Positions 22,773 through 34,106 are shown, counted from the stretch's first letter. The stretch: 64,000 nucleotides of DNA from an uncultured Methylomirabilota bacterium (GCA_963845565.1 CAWJSJ010000002.1:448001-512000); one strand, 5' to 3'. Notes: generated by a model not told the origin, from the letters alone. Translations and numbers: made by a program.

Positions 22773-23747
22773 CTAATACCTTCCCGCCGATCCCAGCACG
22801 TTCGTGTTCTTGTGCTTGATGACCTCCATCAACTCCTTCCGCGCCGGGCCGAGGTACTTGCGCGGGTCGAACTCCTTCGGGTTCTCGATGAACACCTTGC
22901 GGATGATGGCGGTGACCACCATCCGGCCGTCGGTGTCGATGTTGATCTTGCACACCGCCGAGCGGGCCGCGTCGCGGAGCTGCTCTTCCGGCACGCCGGC
23001 AGCGCCCTCGAGCTTGCCACCGAATTCGTTGATCATGGCCACGTACTTCTGGAGCACGGAGGAGGCGCCGTGAAGCACGATGGGGAAGCCGGGCAGCTTC
23101 TTCTCGATCTCCTTCAAGATGTCGAAGCGCAGCGGCGGGACGGTCTCGCCGGGCTTCAGCTTGAACTTGTAGGCCCCGTGCGAGGTCCCGATCGAGATCG
23201 CCAGGCTGTGAACGCCCGTCCGGCCCACGAAGTCCTGAACCTGCTGGGGGTCGGTGTAATTGGACTTCTCGGCCACCACGTCGTCCTCGATGCCGGCCAG
23301 GACGCCCAGCTCGCCCTCTACGCTGACGTCATACTGATTCGCGTACTCCACCACCTGCTTGGTGAGCTTGATATTCCCCTCGTACGGCAGGTGCGAGCCG
23401 TCGATCATCACCGAGGAGAAACCGGACTCGATACACGACTTGCACAGCTCGAAGGAGTCGCCGTGGTCCAGGTGCAGGGTGATGGGAATCTTGGAGCCCA
23501 TCTCCTTGGCCATCTGGACCGCGCCCATCGCCATGTAACGGAGAAGGGTCTGATTGGCGTACTCCCGCGCCCCCTTGGACACCTGGAGGATCACCGGCGA
23601 TTTCGACTCGACGCAGCCGATGATGATCGCCTGGAGTTGCTCCATGTTGTTGAAGTTGTACGCGGGGACGGCGTAGCCGCCCTCCATGGCCTTCTTGAAT
23701 ACGTCCTTTGTGTTCACCACGCCGATCTCTTGATACGGGGCCTTCAT
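22773..23747 (-). CDS. fba: Class II fructose-1,6-bisphosphate aldolase
   Basis: PAYNFNNME, LHLDHG, SVMIDGSH, GTSHGAYK, VLHGAS, KINIDTD, FDPRKYL. Confidence 0.95.
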   Translation of the reverse strand: MKAPYQEIGVVNTKDVFKKAMEGGYAVPAYNFNNMEQLQAIIIGCVESKSPVILQVSKGAREYANQTLLRYMAMGAVQMAKEMGSKIPITLHLDHGDSFELCKSCIESGFSSVMIDGSHLPYEGNIKLTKQVVEYANQYDVSVEGELGVLAGIEDDVVAEKSNYTDPQQVQDFVGRTGVHSLAISIGTSHGAYKFKLKPGETVPPLRFDILKEIEKKLPGFPIVLHGASSVLQKYVAMINEFGGKLEGAAGVPEEQLRDAARSAVCKINIDTDGRMVVTAIIRKVFIENPKEFDPRKYLGPARKELMEVIKHKNTNVLGSAGRY

Positions 23748-23980
23748 CTGCCTCTCCTTTCACGCAACGCGTCAGAGCGAAACACTACTTTCCCAGGACG
23801 ATAGCTGCTATCGCCGGGTTCCTTGGCTCGGATTGACTATGCTCTCTTTACGGTCCGGGGACAAGACGAAACCGCGTCAGGTCCGCATCGGGACACCAAT
23901 TCTCCCACAGGTTTTGTGGAAACCCCAGACCGCGAAGATCCCACAGAATCGCATCTCGGCTTGTGGCGCTCGGCTCTTTC

Positions 23981-24649
23981 CTATTCCACCATCGCCACCG
24001 CCCGAACCGGGGAGCCGTCGGCGCCTTCCACGGGCAGTGGGAGCGCCACGAACCGGCATCGAGGAGTGCCGATCTGGTCGAGGTTGGTCAGGTACTCCAC
24101 GACGGTGATTCCAGCCGGGAAGAACGCCTGGTGCGTGGTGTTGTCTTCGCGCGTCAGCTTCTTCTGCGGCTCGAAGGTCATCGTCCGGACGCAATAATCC
24201 GGGGGATAGTCATACCCGACCGCCTTCACCTTGCGTTGAATCAGCCAGTCGCAGGCGCTCTGTCCGGTAAAAGGCGCGTCCCGCCAGAACGTCTCCGTCT
24301 CCACACTCACCCGCCTGGGCCAGTCGGTGCGAAGCAGGACGATGTCACCCGCGCGGACGTGCTGTCCGTGCTGTTCCAAGTCCGCCGCGGTCACCTCGCC
24401 GTTCTCCGGGACATGGGTCAGGTCCACGACAGCCGCCTCACCCACCCACTGATCCACCGGCATCTGGGTGATGTGCTTTGCGCCGGGCAAGAAGTGAATT
24501 GGGGCGTCCACGTGCGTGAACGCATGGCAGTGAATCGTGAGCACCGTCACGTTGAACAGGTCGCCCCTGGCGTGAGCGGCCTTCAGTTCGGTGGCGACCT
24601 TCCAGCGAAAGTGCGGCTTGATCGGAAAGGTCAGGTCAATGACACGCAT
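23981..24649 (-). CDS. Cyclase family metal-dependent hydrolase (kynurenine formamidase-like)
   Basis: HAFTHVDAPIH (HxxTHxDxPxH), VEYLTNL, GADGSPVRAVA. Confidence 0.88.
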   Translation of the reverse strand: MRVIDLTFPIKPHFRWKVATELKAAHARGDLFNVTVLTIHCHAFTHVDAPIHFLPGAKHITQMPVDQWVGEAAVVDLTHVPENGEVTAADLEQHGQHVRAGDIVLLRTDWPRRVSVETETFWRDAPFTGQSACDWLIQRKVKAVGYDYPPDYCVRTMTFEPQKKLTREDNTTHQAFFPAGITVVEYLTNLDQIGTPRCRFVALPLPVEGADGSPVRAVAMVE

Positions 24650-24683
24650 AGTCGCGCCTCCGCATGAAATTGCCTTCCAGTGA

Positions 24684-25125
24684 TCAGCGTATCGACTGGA
24701 AGAGGTTGGGAACCGCCATCACCATTCCCGGCCAGTACGTCGAAAGGGCTAGTACCGCGAGCAGGGCGATCAGGAGAGGTGTGACTTCTCGAATCACGGC
24801 GTCGATCGGGACCGCCGCCATCTCTGCCGACATGAACAAGAGATAGCCGACTGGAGGTGTCAGGAGTCCGATCATCAGGTTAAGCACCACAACGAGTCCG
24901 AAGTGGACTGGGTCGATATGCAGGTGCTTGATCAGCGGCATAAAGACAGGGATGAAGATCAGCATTCCGGCCAGCGGATCCATCAGACACCCGACGACCA
25001 AGAAGAACAGATTCAGCAGCAGCAGGATCATCCAGGGACTCTGCGTGAAGGCCGTGACCCCCGATACCACCACCTCGCCAATGCGCAGGTTGGCGACCAG
25101 CCATCCCATCACCCCGCTGCAAACC
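24684..25125 (-). pseudogene. dctM: TRAP large permease DctM, C-terminal fragment only
   Basis: IDPVHFG...IGLLTPPVG motifs; only about 147 aa against about 425 aa for the intact DctM copies in this window. Confidence 0.8.
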
Positions 25126-25423
25126 ATGCGAGGACGATCAGGAACGCGCCGGTCCCGGCGTGAACGGCGACCTCGCAGGGTCGCCGGAGGCGCGCCGGAA
25201 GTCGGTCAACGACGAAATCGAACCGGATGTGCCCCGCCCTCGCCATGGCGGCGGCGGCTCCAAGCCACACGACCCACAGGAAGAGCAGACGAGCCGCCTC
25301 TTCGGTCCACGGGACGAAGATCAGGCCCGTATACCGCCCGAAGACCTGCAGGAAGCCGACCACCACCATTAGGCAGAGCAGGAGTCCCGCTGCCCACTCG
25401 AGAAGGCGTTGTAACCAGCGCAT
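25109..25423 (-). pseudogene. dctQ: TRAP small permease DctQ, C-terminally truncated
   Basis: QVFGRY...WTEEAARLLFLW...GHIRFD; ends abruptly at the junction with the dctM fragment. Confidence 0.75.
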
Positions 25424-25430
25424 CGCGTAT

Positions 25431-26417
25431 CTACCGGGTGTTCCGGATCTTGTCCACGACTTCGCGGCCGAATTTCTTCACGTACTCCTCCGCCGTGGCG
25501 TCCGCCACGACCTTCCGGAACGCCTCGCGGTCTGGGTTCTCCTCAACCTGCACGCCGGCCGACTTGATCTTCGCCAGTGCCTCGCCATCCAGTTGCCGAT
25601 TCAGCTTTCGCTCCCAGTCCCGCGCTTCGGCCATGGACTCAACGAGCACCTTCTGGTGCTCGGGCTTCAATTCCTGGAATTTCTTCAGGTTCATGACCAC
25701 ATTGGCCATGGTGTAGGCGTGGAAGGTCAGGGACATGTATTTCTGGACCTCGTGGAACTTCAAGGCGTAGATGTGGGCGATGGGGTTTTCCTGTCCATCC
25801 ACGGCACCGGTCTTCAGGGCGAGATACACCTCGGTGATCGGCATGGGCGCCGGGTTCGCCCCGAGCAGGCGGAACGCCTGAAGGTGGGCCGGATTCGGGG
25901 TTGTCCGGATCTTGAGACCCTTCACGTCATCCGGCATCTTCACCGCTTTCTTGTTGTTGGTCAGGTTCCGGAAACCGATTTCCAACACGCCAATCGGCAT
26001 CATACCGTTCTTTTCCAGCCCATTTCGCAACTCCTGACCAATGGGGCCATCGATGACCTTGTACGCGTGATCGAAATCTCGGAAGAGATACGGAAGGTCA
26101 AAGGCGTTCATTTCCGGGGCGAAGGAGGTGAAGAAGGGGTTCCCTGTCATCCCAATGTCGATCGTGCCCAGCTTGACCCCTTCCAGCGTCTTCGGATCGT
26201 TGCCAAGCTGCCCGGATGGAAACACGTCGACCTGGATGGCGTTGTTGGTCCGCTGCGCCACCTTCTTGGAAAACTCGAGGAGCGCCAGATGCATAGCGTC
26301 CTCGGGGCTGATGGTGTGTGCAAGGCGTAGCTTCGTCTGGGCGCTCGCAGCCCCGGCGAAACCTGCTACGGCAACACACACGAGAAACAATCCGAACCAA
26401 CGCTTCACGCTTCGCAT
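25431..26417 (-). CDS. dctP: TRAP transporter substrate-binding protein
   Basis: Signal peptide, FPSGQLG, DLPYLF, GLKIRT, VDGQENP. Confidence 0.93.
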   Translation of the reverse strand: MRSVKRWFGLFLVCVAVAGFAGAASAQTKLRLAHTISPEDAMHLALLEFSKKVAQRTNNAIQVDVFPSGQLGNDPKTLEGVKLGTIDIGMTGNPFFTSFAPEMNAFDLPYLFRDFDHAYKVIDGPIGQELRNGLEKNGMMPIGVLEIGFRNLTNNKKAVKMPDDVKGLKIRTTPNPAHLQAFRLLGANPAPMPITEVYLALKTGAVDGQENPIAHIYALKFHEVQKYMSLTFHAYTMANVVMNLKKFQELKPEHQKVLVESMAEARDWERKLNRQLDGEALAKIKSAGVQVEENPDREAFRKVVADATAEEYVKKFGREVVDKIRNTR

Positions 26418-26516
26418 GATCGTCCTCCTCCGTTTCGGATCTGTGCCCGGGATTGGGCCCTGCCGTGAGCTGGGCCGACACGCCAGCGATCACGGAACGG
26501 TAGCCTGCCAGTAGAC

Positions 26517-27906
26517 TCAACTCAACCCGAAAGTCTTTTCCATCTCTTTCCGCAGCCGCCACAGCAACGACTCCTTCGGGGGCTCCACCATCTCCGCTGC
26601 GATCACCGTACCGGCCGGGACGTCTCGCAACAGGCGGTTGCCGGCCATCAGATAGAAGGGGATCGGGTTGGCGCCGGTCGCCGCCCGGGCGGGAACCAAG
26701 AGGCCGTCAATGCCGTCGATCTGGTGGTGGTGGCCCGTGGCCTCGAGGACGGTCCCTGCTCTGAGCGGCTTGTTGGTCCTCCCGACCACATCGAAGCGAG
26801 GCTGCATGTCGTCCGGCCCCGAAGATCTGCCGTGCAGGACGGCAGACAGCACCGTCGTCGCCGATTCCACGCCGAGCAGGTGCGACGGCCGGTAGATCAT
26901 GGCCGCATCGCCGGAACGACTCACGACGTGCCCCTTGGCCCGCAGGACCTCCCACGACTTGCGATCCTCGCACCGGACCACCACGAACACGCCACCGGCA
27001 AAGCTGCCTCATCCGGACGCCGGAGCGAGTTGACGACGTCCACCCGCCCCGTCCCGTGGAGGATGCCACCCATCTCGGTCGGGACGAGCACGTCCGCGAT
27101 CTCGGGTGTCCGCGCGATGGGCGCATGGAAGGCGGGCACATCCGGGGCCAGCCCGTGGCGTTGGCCACGAGCCCCATCTCCACCAGGTCGGGAACCGTGT
27201 GCTGGGGGATCGCCGTCAGCGCGTCGGCCCGCGCCTGGAGCACGCGCCTCACATCCCGCGCGCCGAACTCCCAGAGGGCGTCCACCGCCGCGCCGTCGGC
27301 GACCCTGCCCAGGCTCGTCACCCGCTTCGTGGCCGGGTCGTACACGAAGTCGTACTCGCTGGTCTTGCCGGCGCAGAGAATCTCCAGCCCGAGGACCCGC
27401 GCCCACACCACGAGCTGCATCAGCAGACTGGGCTGGTCCCCGTCCACCGGCGTGTAGACGAGTCCCGCCGCTTTGGCCTTGCGGTGGAAGAGCGGCCCAA
27501 CGACAGAGTCGGGCTCCTTCGACACCATGGCGACGTGCTTCCCGTGCGTGAGGGCCGCCTCGGCATGAACCGCGGCGGCTTCGGGAGCACCCGTAGACTC
27601 CACCACGATGTCAAGCGGCAGTTGCATCAGCATCAGGGCGTCGTTGGAGACGACGACCTTTCCGGCTGCCAGCGCCGCCTGGGCGGTAGCCAGGTTGCCG
27701 CAGATCCGGATCGTGTCTTCGGGCAGGCCCGCGTGCCGGAAGGCTGCCACGCCCCGCTCCTCCCGCCGGGCGTAGACGGCGGACACGACAAGGCCCGGCG
27801 TGCGGCACGACTGGGCAAGGAACGACAAGCCGTACTCCCCGGCCCCCATCAACAGGACGCGGACGGTGCGATCTTTGGCTGAGCGCTGCAGTGTCTCCAA
27901 GTACAT
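26517..27906 (-). CDS. NAD(P)-dependent oxidoreductase with C-terminal SAF domain (homoserine dehydrogenase-like), frameshifted
   Basis: GAGEYG Rossmann fold, VESTG, GKHVAMVSKEPDSVVGP, GDQPS, C-terminal RLLRDVPAGTVI SAF-like segment; indels near 27010 and 27150. Confidence 0.75.
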
Positions 27907-28072
27907 GCGGACCTCCGTCGTTTGGTTTGGGCACGGCGCGTCAGTAGGCAAGCAAAATTTGCCACACCGACGCAATCCTTGCCCGTTCCCTCCGCGCGGG
28001 CCGAAACATGACACCGCCGGCAACACGCGATTACTTGAGGGGTTGTCGGCCCGGTGTGCCGCAAGCTCGAGG

Positions 28073-28088
28073 TGGCACCGCCCTTGCT
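28073..28088 (+). promoter_or_regulatory. sigma54 -24/-12 consensus with no obvious downstream CDS
   Basis: TGGCAC-CGCCC-TTGCT with exact GG-N10-GC spacing in an intergenic region. Confidence 0.5.
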
Positions 28089-28319
28089 TCTGCTATAGGG
28101 CACGAGATCACGAAGACCTCAGCAAACGCCAACCCGCTGGCAAAGGAAAGGGGGTAACCAGTAGAGATTCCGCCGGAGCACTTTCCAAAAACTGAATATT
28201 GGCAGCACCGATCGCAGGGCAAGAAGAGCCTGCGATGTCTAGCCCCCGAGAGGGGATAGCCGCCCACCAGATGTGCTCTGGTGGGCGTTGCTGTTTTCAA
28301 CCCCTTCCCGTCGTGCCCT

Positions 28320-29865
28320 TCACCGATCTGCGTACACCTTCACGATCGTTGGCCGTGCACCAATTTCCGCGCTCGCGAGTCGCCACACGGCGGTGAAAAC
28401 GGGGAATGCGAAGCAAAGGAGCGCCAGGGTGGCGACTCGTCCCGCCAGCGGGTTCGACCAGAAGACTGCCAGCGATCCCTTGGAAAGGATCATGGACTGA
28501 CGAAACGCGTCCTCGGCCCGGTCGCCGAGGACCATGGCGAGGACCAATGGCGCGACGGGGTATTCCAGGCGGCTCATCATGTAGCCGACGACCCCGAACA
28601 GGAGGACGGACCAGAGATCAGCGGTGTTGGACGCCACGGTCCAGGCGCCGACCACGCAGACGATGACGATGAGCGGCGCCGTGATGGTCAGGGGAACCCG
28701 GAGGAGCGCCGCGAAGACCGGCACCGTGGTCAGGGCCATGATCACGGCCGACCACGTTCGAGACGTACATGGACGCGATCAAGCCCCAGACGAAATCGGG
28801 CCGCTCGGTGAAGAGGGAGGGTCCGGGGGTGAGCCCCCAGATCATCAGTCCGCCCAGCAACACCGCGGCCGTCGCAGAACTCGGGAGCGCCGAGAGCCAG
28901 CATGGGGAGCATGGCTGCGCGACCCCGAGGCCTGGTCCGCCGTCTCGCAAGAGACCAGCCCCTCGGGCTCTCCTGTGCCGAAGCGGGCGCCGGCCCGGGA
29001 GAACCGCTTGGCAATTCCGTAGCTCATGAAGGTGGCCGCCGTCGGCCCACCCGGCGTGATCCCCATCCAGCAGCCGATGCAGGCGCTCCGGAGCAGCGCG
29101 AGCCAATAGCGCGGCCAGATGAGCGCCGCGGCCAGCACCTCCCGGGGACTGAGCCGCGTGGCCACCGGTTCTGCCGTGACCGGGGGCCTGCATCGTCGAG
29201 CACAGCTCCCCGATTCCGTACAGCCCGATCACCACGACCAGCAGGCTGATTCCCCGGCTGAGGTCGGCGATCCCATAGGTGAGGCGCATGGAGCCGGACA
29301 CCGTGTCCATGCCGATGCTCGCCCATCGCGAAGCCGATGCCCGATCGAGACGATCGTCTTGAACGGGGAGCCGCCGCCGAAGGCGACGAAGCTCCCGAAC
29401 GCCAGCATGAAGACCGTGAAGTACTCGACCGGCGAGAACTGCAGCGCGAATCGGGTGGCCCACGAGGAGAGGAGCGTAACCATCGCCACCCCGAAGAGGG
29501 CGCCGAAGCCGGAGGACAGGAAGGCGTCGGTCAGCGCCTCGGTCGCGCGGCCGGCCTTCGCCATCGGGTAGCCGTCGAAGGTGGTCGCGACCGACGACGG
29601 CTCGCCGGGGATGTTGAACAGGATCGAGGTCGTCGAGCCGCCGAACAGCGCGCCCCAGTACATGCTGGTGAGCAGGATGATGGCGGACACCGGGTTCATG
29701 CGCGAACGTCAGCGGCATGAGCAACGTGACGCCGTTGGGCGCTCCCAAGCCCGGCAGCACGCCGACCAGGATGCCCAGGAAAACCCCGACCATCATCAAC
29801 AGGATATGGTAACCCGTGATCGCGACCGCGAAACCGTTCGCGAGGAGCTGGAGATTATCGAACAT
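28320..29865 (-). CDS. tctA: Tripartite tricarboxylate transporter large permease, multiple frameshifts
   Basis: GVLPGLG, GGSTTSILFNIPGEPSS, TFDGYPMA, WGLIASMY found across several frames. Confidence 0.85.
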
Positions 29866-29880
29866 GTCGCCTCTCCGCCA

Positions 29881-30383
29881 TCAGTACCAGCCGAACACCG
29901 CCTCGAGCGGGGCCCTTCAACAATGGTGTGCGGAACACGTATCTCGAACAGGACGAACAGGACGAGCGGGAAGCCGAGCGAGACGCCGAGCGTGACCGGC
30001 AAGCGGTGCCGCGCCACGAGGCCCACGGTGAACAGCAGGTAGAGCGCCGAGGCGACGTAGACGCCTAGGACCATGACAATGCCCACAAAGGCGAGGACAG
30101 GGAGCGCGAAGGCGACAAGCCGCCGTCCCTCCTCCCCGGTCAGGATGATTTCCACCGCCGCGCGGCGCCGCTTGACGGCCCGGACGAGGTTGACCAAGGA
30201 GGCCAGGACGATGAGGGTGCCTATTCGGAACGGGAAGTAGCCGGCTTCCGGACCGATCTCGCCCCACCCGATGCTGAATTCGAGCGCGCCCGAAATGACG
30301 GTCGCCCCGAAGGCCATCGTGAGGAGGGCGAACGCCACCTCCATCGCGGAGCGGGAAACGAGGGTGGACGAGCGGTCTGACAT
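29881..30383 (-). CDS. tctB: Tripartite tricarboxylate transporter small permease, frameshift near 3' end
   Basis: IGWGEIGPEAGYFPF, four TM segments, LKGPLE-like C-terminus; lies between tctC and tctA. Confidence 0.8.
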
Positions 30384-30400
30384 GGACGTGGCTCCTCACG

Positions 30401-30432
30401 GGGCCGGGAGGCCGGTGCCGGCCTCCCGGCCC
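30401..30432. terminator. GC hairpin between tctC and tctB (stability or attenuation element)
   Basis: GGGCCGGGAGGCCGG-TG-CCGGCCTCCCGGCCC. Confidence 0.5.
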
Positions 30433-30461
30433 GCGCGGTATCGAACAGGCGAGGTCGTCGC

Positions 30462-31456
30462 CTACTTCACAAGCCAGCCTTCCTCCTCGAAGATCTTATG
30501 CGCGCGTTCCTGGTCGGCCCTGATGAAGGCCTGGAACTCGGGGCCCGCCATGTAGCTCGAGGTCTGCGCGGTGCGGGCGATATAATCGGCCCACTCGGGG
30601 GTCTCGCTCACCTTCTTGATCACCTGCGCGTAGTAGGCCACCGCGGCCTCGGGCACGCCGGGCGGCAGGAAGATGTCGCGCGGCATCTTGTACTCGTCGA
30701 CGGGAATGCCCTGCTCCTTGCAAAGCGGGATGTCGGACCAGCCCATCGTCGCCGTCACCTTGGGCCCGGCCGGCAGCCGGGTCTTGCTGAAGACGCAGAG
30801 CGGCGTGCCCTGGCCGCCCTTCCACTGACCGACGTTCTCGGCCGGATTGTTGGTGTTCGAGTCGATGTGGCCGCCGGCGAGCTGTACCGCCGCCTCGCCG
30901 CCGGACTTGAAGGGTACGTAGGTCAGCTTGATGCCGGCGGCCTTCTCGAAGATGCGCGTGAGGAGTCTGATCGGTGTCTTTCGACTGGCTGCCGCCCATC
31001 TGGATGTCGCCGGGCCGCTTCTTGGCGTCGGCGACGTACTCGCTCGCCGTCTTCCAGGGGGCGTTGGGGCGCACCCAGAGCAGGAACTCGTCGAAGGCCA
31101 TGGCGGCGACGGGGTTCAGCTCGTCGTACTTCCAGGCGACCTTCGCCACCATGCGGCAGCATCCACTCGTTGTTGGTGCCGAACACCATCTTATGCGGAT
31201 CGCCGGTGGCCGACTTGACGTACACGAAGCCCTCGGCGCCGGAGCCGCCTCCCTTGTTGAGGACGACGATGGGCTGGGGCATGAGATTGTACTTGGTGAT
31301 GATGGACTGCACCGTTCGCGCGAAGATGTCGGTGCCGCCGCCGGCGCCCGACGCCACCACGAACTCCACCGGCCGGTTGGGCTGCCAATCGGCGGCGGAG
31401 GCGACGACGGGTAGCAGCGCCGCCGCGACGGTCAGGGCTAATAAGAGTTTTCGCAT
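30462..31456 (-). CDS. tctC: Tripartite tricarboxylate transporter substrate-binding protein (Bug/TctC), frameshifted
   Basis: WQPNRPVEFVV..GAGGGTD, NKGGGSG, YVPFKSGGEA; indels near 30970 and 31155. Confidence 0.85.
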
Positions 31457-31537
31457 GTGATCCTCCTCTGTGCTCCTCGGGTTTCGGGTTCGCGGGTTTT
31501 CGCTGTCAGGTGTCTGACGCAAGACGGCGTGGTGACG

Positions 31538-32242
31538 TCACGACGCGGCCGCGGTCGCAACTCCGGCGCGCGCGCGATCCTCGGGTGGCTTAATTCGGCT
31601 GCGGAGATGTCGGATGCTCGACTGATCGTGCGCCGCCGCAAGTGCCACAGCCTGGTCGGCATTTCTCGCCTGGAGCGCTCCCAGGATGGCTCGGTGCTGC
31701 GCCAAGCCCCGCCGGGCGTTCTCCACGTTGCTCAAGGCCAGGACGCGGTATCGGTAAGAGCGATCCCATAGGTTCTTGGCAACCCTGGTCAGCTCCGGAT
31801 TCGCGGACGCGGCATAGATGAGGTAATGGAATTCGGCGTGCGCCTGTACGATGCCTTGCAGGTCATTCGCCGTCGTAACCCGCTCGGTCTCATCCACGAT
31901 TTGCTGCAGGCGCTTGAGATCCTCCTCGCCTATTCGCTCGCAGGCCAGACGCGTACACGCGGTGTCCAGGATGGCGCGGAGTTCATAGATGTCCGCCATC
32001 TCTTGCTCTGTCGCCTCAGCGACCACCACGCCGCCCGCGCGCGACAGGGTTTGGACCAACCCTTCGGTCTCCAGGCGATTGAGGGCGTCGCGAATCGGGG
32101 CCCGGGAGACGCCAAGTCGGCGAGCCAAGTCGTCCTGATTGAGTCTGGTCCCCGACTCGAACTCGCCGGAAAAGATCGCATCCCGGATGGCTTGGTAGGC
32201 CAGATTGCCCATCCGCGTGAATTCGAGCGTGTTGAGCGCCAT
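31538..32242 (-). CDS. GntR family transcriptional regulator (FCD domain)
   Basis: AYQAIRDAIFSG..GTRL..LARRLGVSRAPIRDAL HTH; AEFH...QHRAIL FCD domain. Confidence 0.92.
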   Translation of the reverse strand: MALNTLEFTRMGNLAYQAIRDAIFSGEFESGTRLNQDDLARRLGVSRAPIRDALNRLETEGLVQTLSRAGGVVVAEATEQEMADIYELRAILDTACTRLACERIGEEDLKRLQQIVDETERVTTANDLQGIVQAHAEFHYLIYAASANPELTRVAKNLWDRSYRYRVLALSNVENARRGLAQHRAILGALQARNADQAVALAAAHDQSSIRHLRSRIKPPEDRARAGVATAAAS

Positions 32243-33005
32243 CAGGTCCCCTTTAGAGCGTTCTGTCGCCCGTATACAGCATACGGTAGGCGTGATTATT
32301 CACCAGCCGCCTGCCATCCGTCAAGGAGGAATTGAGCGGTGACCTCTCCGCTGGTCGTGCGCGAAGCCGTGGGCCCCGGAGTCCGAACAGGCAAGCGAGG
32401 AACGATTCGGTCGGTCGTGCCGAGTCGGTCCCGTTTCGACTGTGGTCCCTCTTCAGCACGCGACAGGAGAATCCTACCGCTTGACACCGTAGCCTCACGC
32501 TGGGCATTCGCTCGCGGCGGTCTCCGTGCCGATGATCTCCCACACGAAACGAGAAGTGAATCGACACAGCGCTTCGCCCCTCCCCGATCAACGCTCACCG
32601 CGTCAGGCGGCCGAACCACCACAGGGCGACCGCGCTCAACCGACAGAACGGTCGCCCTGGGACATGGGTGGCGTCGCCCCCGCGGAGGCTCGCGTCCGTC
32701 CCCCATGGAAGTCCACGGGCAACGGACCCCTTCGTTGTGGGCGCTGGCCGAATGCGCCTGATTCAAGGTGCGAACAAAGTCTCCGATCCATTATGCCGTG
32801 CGCGATTTACGCCTTGACAGCCGGACCTCGTGTGCGACAGGATGGTCGCCGTTACGAAACCTTTGTGGGGCTGTGCGAGGAATCCTTCGGGTGTTCGGGG
32901 CCGGATTGTACTGCCTCAACGTGGCGCGACTCCGGCAGGCTTCAAGAACAGATACCCACCTCTCACCCCGCATCGAATGCCGCAAACCCATTTCGAGGAG
33001 GCACC

Positions 33006-34019
33006 ATGAAATTGCGTAACCGCACCATTGGTAGGATGTTGCTGCTTCTCGTACTGGCCCTGGGCGTGGTCGGCGCCGGCCTGCAGGAAGAAGCCGCGGC
33101 CGGCGCGGCCGTGCAGGTCGTGAAGTTCTCCTCCCCCGTGGCGCCCGATCACCCGAACAATATCGCCGCGCTGAAGTTCGCCGAGATCGTCAACAAGGAA
33201 TCGGGCGGGCGACTGAAGGTGGAGGTGTTCCCGGCGAACCAGCTCGGGAACGTCAAGGACGTGATCGAGAACGTCATGACGGGCAGCGTGCACATGTACA
33301 TGGGGGGCACGTCTGAGACGAGCCTGTTCCAGCCGGAATTCGCGGTCATGGACGCCCCCTACCTGTTCCGCGACTACGATCACCTGATGAAGGGCGCCAA
33401 GAGTGATGTGGTGAAAGAGATGGGCGCCAAGCTGGAGAAGAACCGTGGGGTCACGCTCCTGACCGCCGAGATCTACTACGGTGCCCGGCATCTCACCACC
33501 CGCAACAAGCCGATCAAGACCCCGGCCGACCTCAAGGGGATGCTGGTTCGGGCACCGGATCAGCCGATCTATTTGGAGGCCGTGCGCGCGATGGGCGCCA
33601 CACCGACGCCGGTCGCGTTTTCGGACCTGTACATGGCCCTAAAACAGGGTGTGGTCGATGGGCAGGAGAATCCCATTCCGACTATCTACACTTACAAGTA
33701 CTATGAGGCGCAGAAGTACCTGATGCTGACCGGCCACATGCTCCGCGTCAACGTCGTCGGCGCCGACGCATCCTGGTACAACAAGCTCTCCCCCGAGCTC
33801 AAAGGGATCATCCGCAAGGCCCTGGATGAGGCCGTCAAGCTGAACAATGAGCTGACGCTCAAGCAGGAAAAGGACATGTTGGAGGAGCTCAAGAAGCTCG
33901 GCATGGAGGTCGTGCAGCCCGACGTCGAGGCCTTCCGCGAGGCTGCCAAGGGCATTCCGGCCAAGTTCGAGGACAAGTGGGGCAAGGGAACCTTCGACCG
34001 GCTCAAAGCGGCGAAGTAG
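33006..34019 (+). CDS. dctP: TRAP transporter substrate-binding protein
   Basis: Signal peptide, FPANQLG, DAPYLF, DLKGMLVRAP, VDGQENP. Confidence 0.93.
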   Translation: MKLRNRTIGRMLLLLVLALGVVGAGLQEEAAAGAAVQVVKFSSPVAPDHPNNIAALKFAEIVNKESGGRLKVEVFPANQLGNVKDVIENVMTGSVHMYMGGTSETSLFQPEFAVMDAPYLFRDYDHLMKGAKSDVVKEMGAKLEKNRGVTLLTAEIYYGARHLTTRNKPIKTPADLKGMLVRAPDQPIYLEAVRAMGATPTPVAFSDLYMALKQGVVDGQENPIPTIYTYKYYEAQKYLMLTGHMLRVNVVGADASWYNKLSPELKGIIRKALDEAVKLNNELTLKQEKDMLEELKKLGMEVVQPDVEAFREAAKGIPAKFEDKWGKGTFDRLKAAK

Positions 34020-34044
34020 GGCGTTTCCCGACGGATTCACTCGG

Positions 34045-34080
34045 CCGCGGGACGGGAGATGGCTCCCGCCCCGCGGTTTT
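34045..34080 (+). terminator. Hairpin plus T-tract between dctP and dctQ
   Basis: CCGCGGGACGGGAG-ATGG-CTCCCGCCCCGCGG-TTTT. Confidence 0.55.
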
Positions 34081-34106
34081 CCGGCTCAGGCCGGCAGGGA
34101 CCCGAC

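Noticed and set aside
28120..28180. GCAAAC...GCAAAG...GGGGTAACC as a c-di-GMP-I riboswitch
   Set aside because: I could not build the P1/P2 stems or GNRA loop, and there is no downstream gene on that strand
32243..33005. Long spacer between gntR and dctP as a hidden gene or riboswitch
   Set aside because: ORFs have no recognisable motifs or codon bias, and I could not find cobalamin or SAM riboswitch consensus elements; needs an Rfam scan
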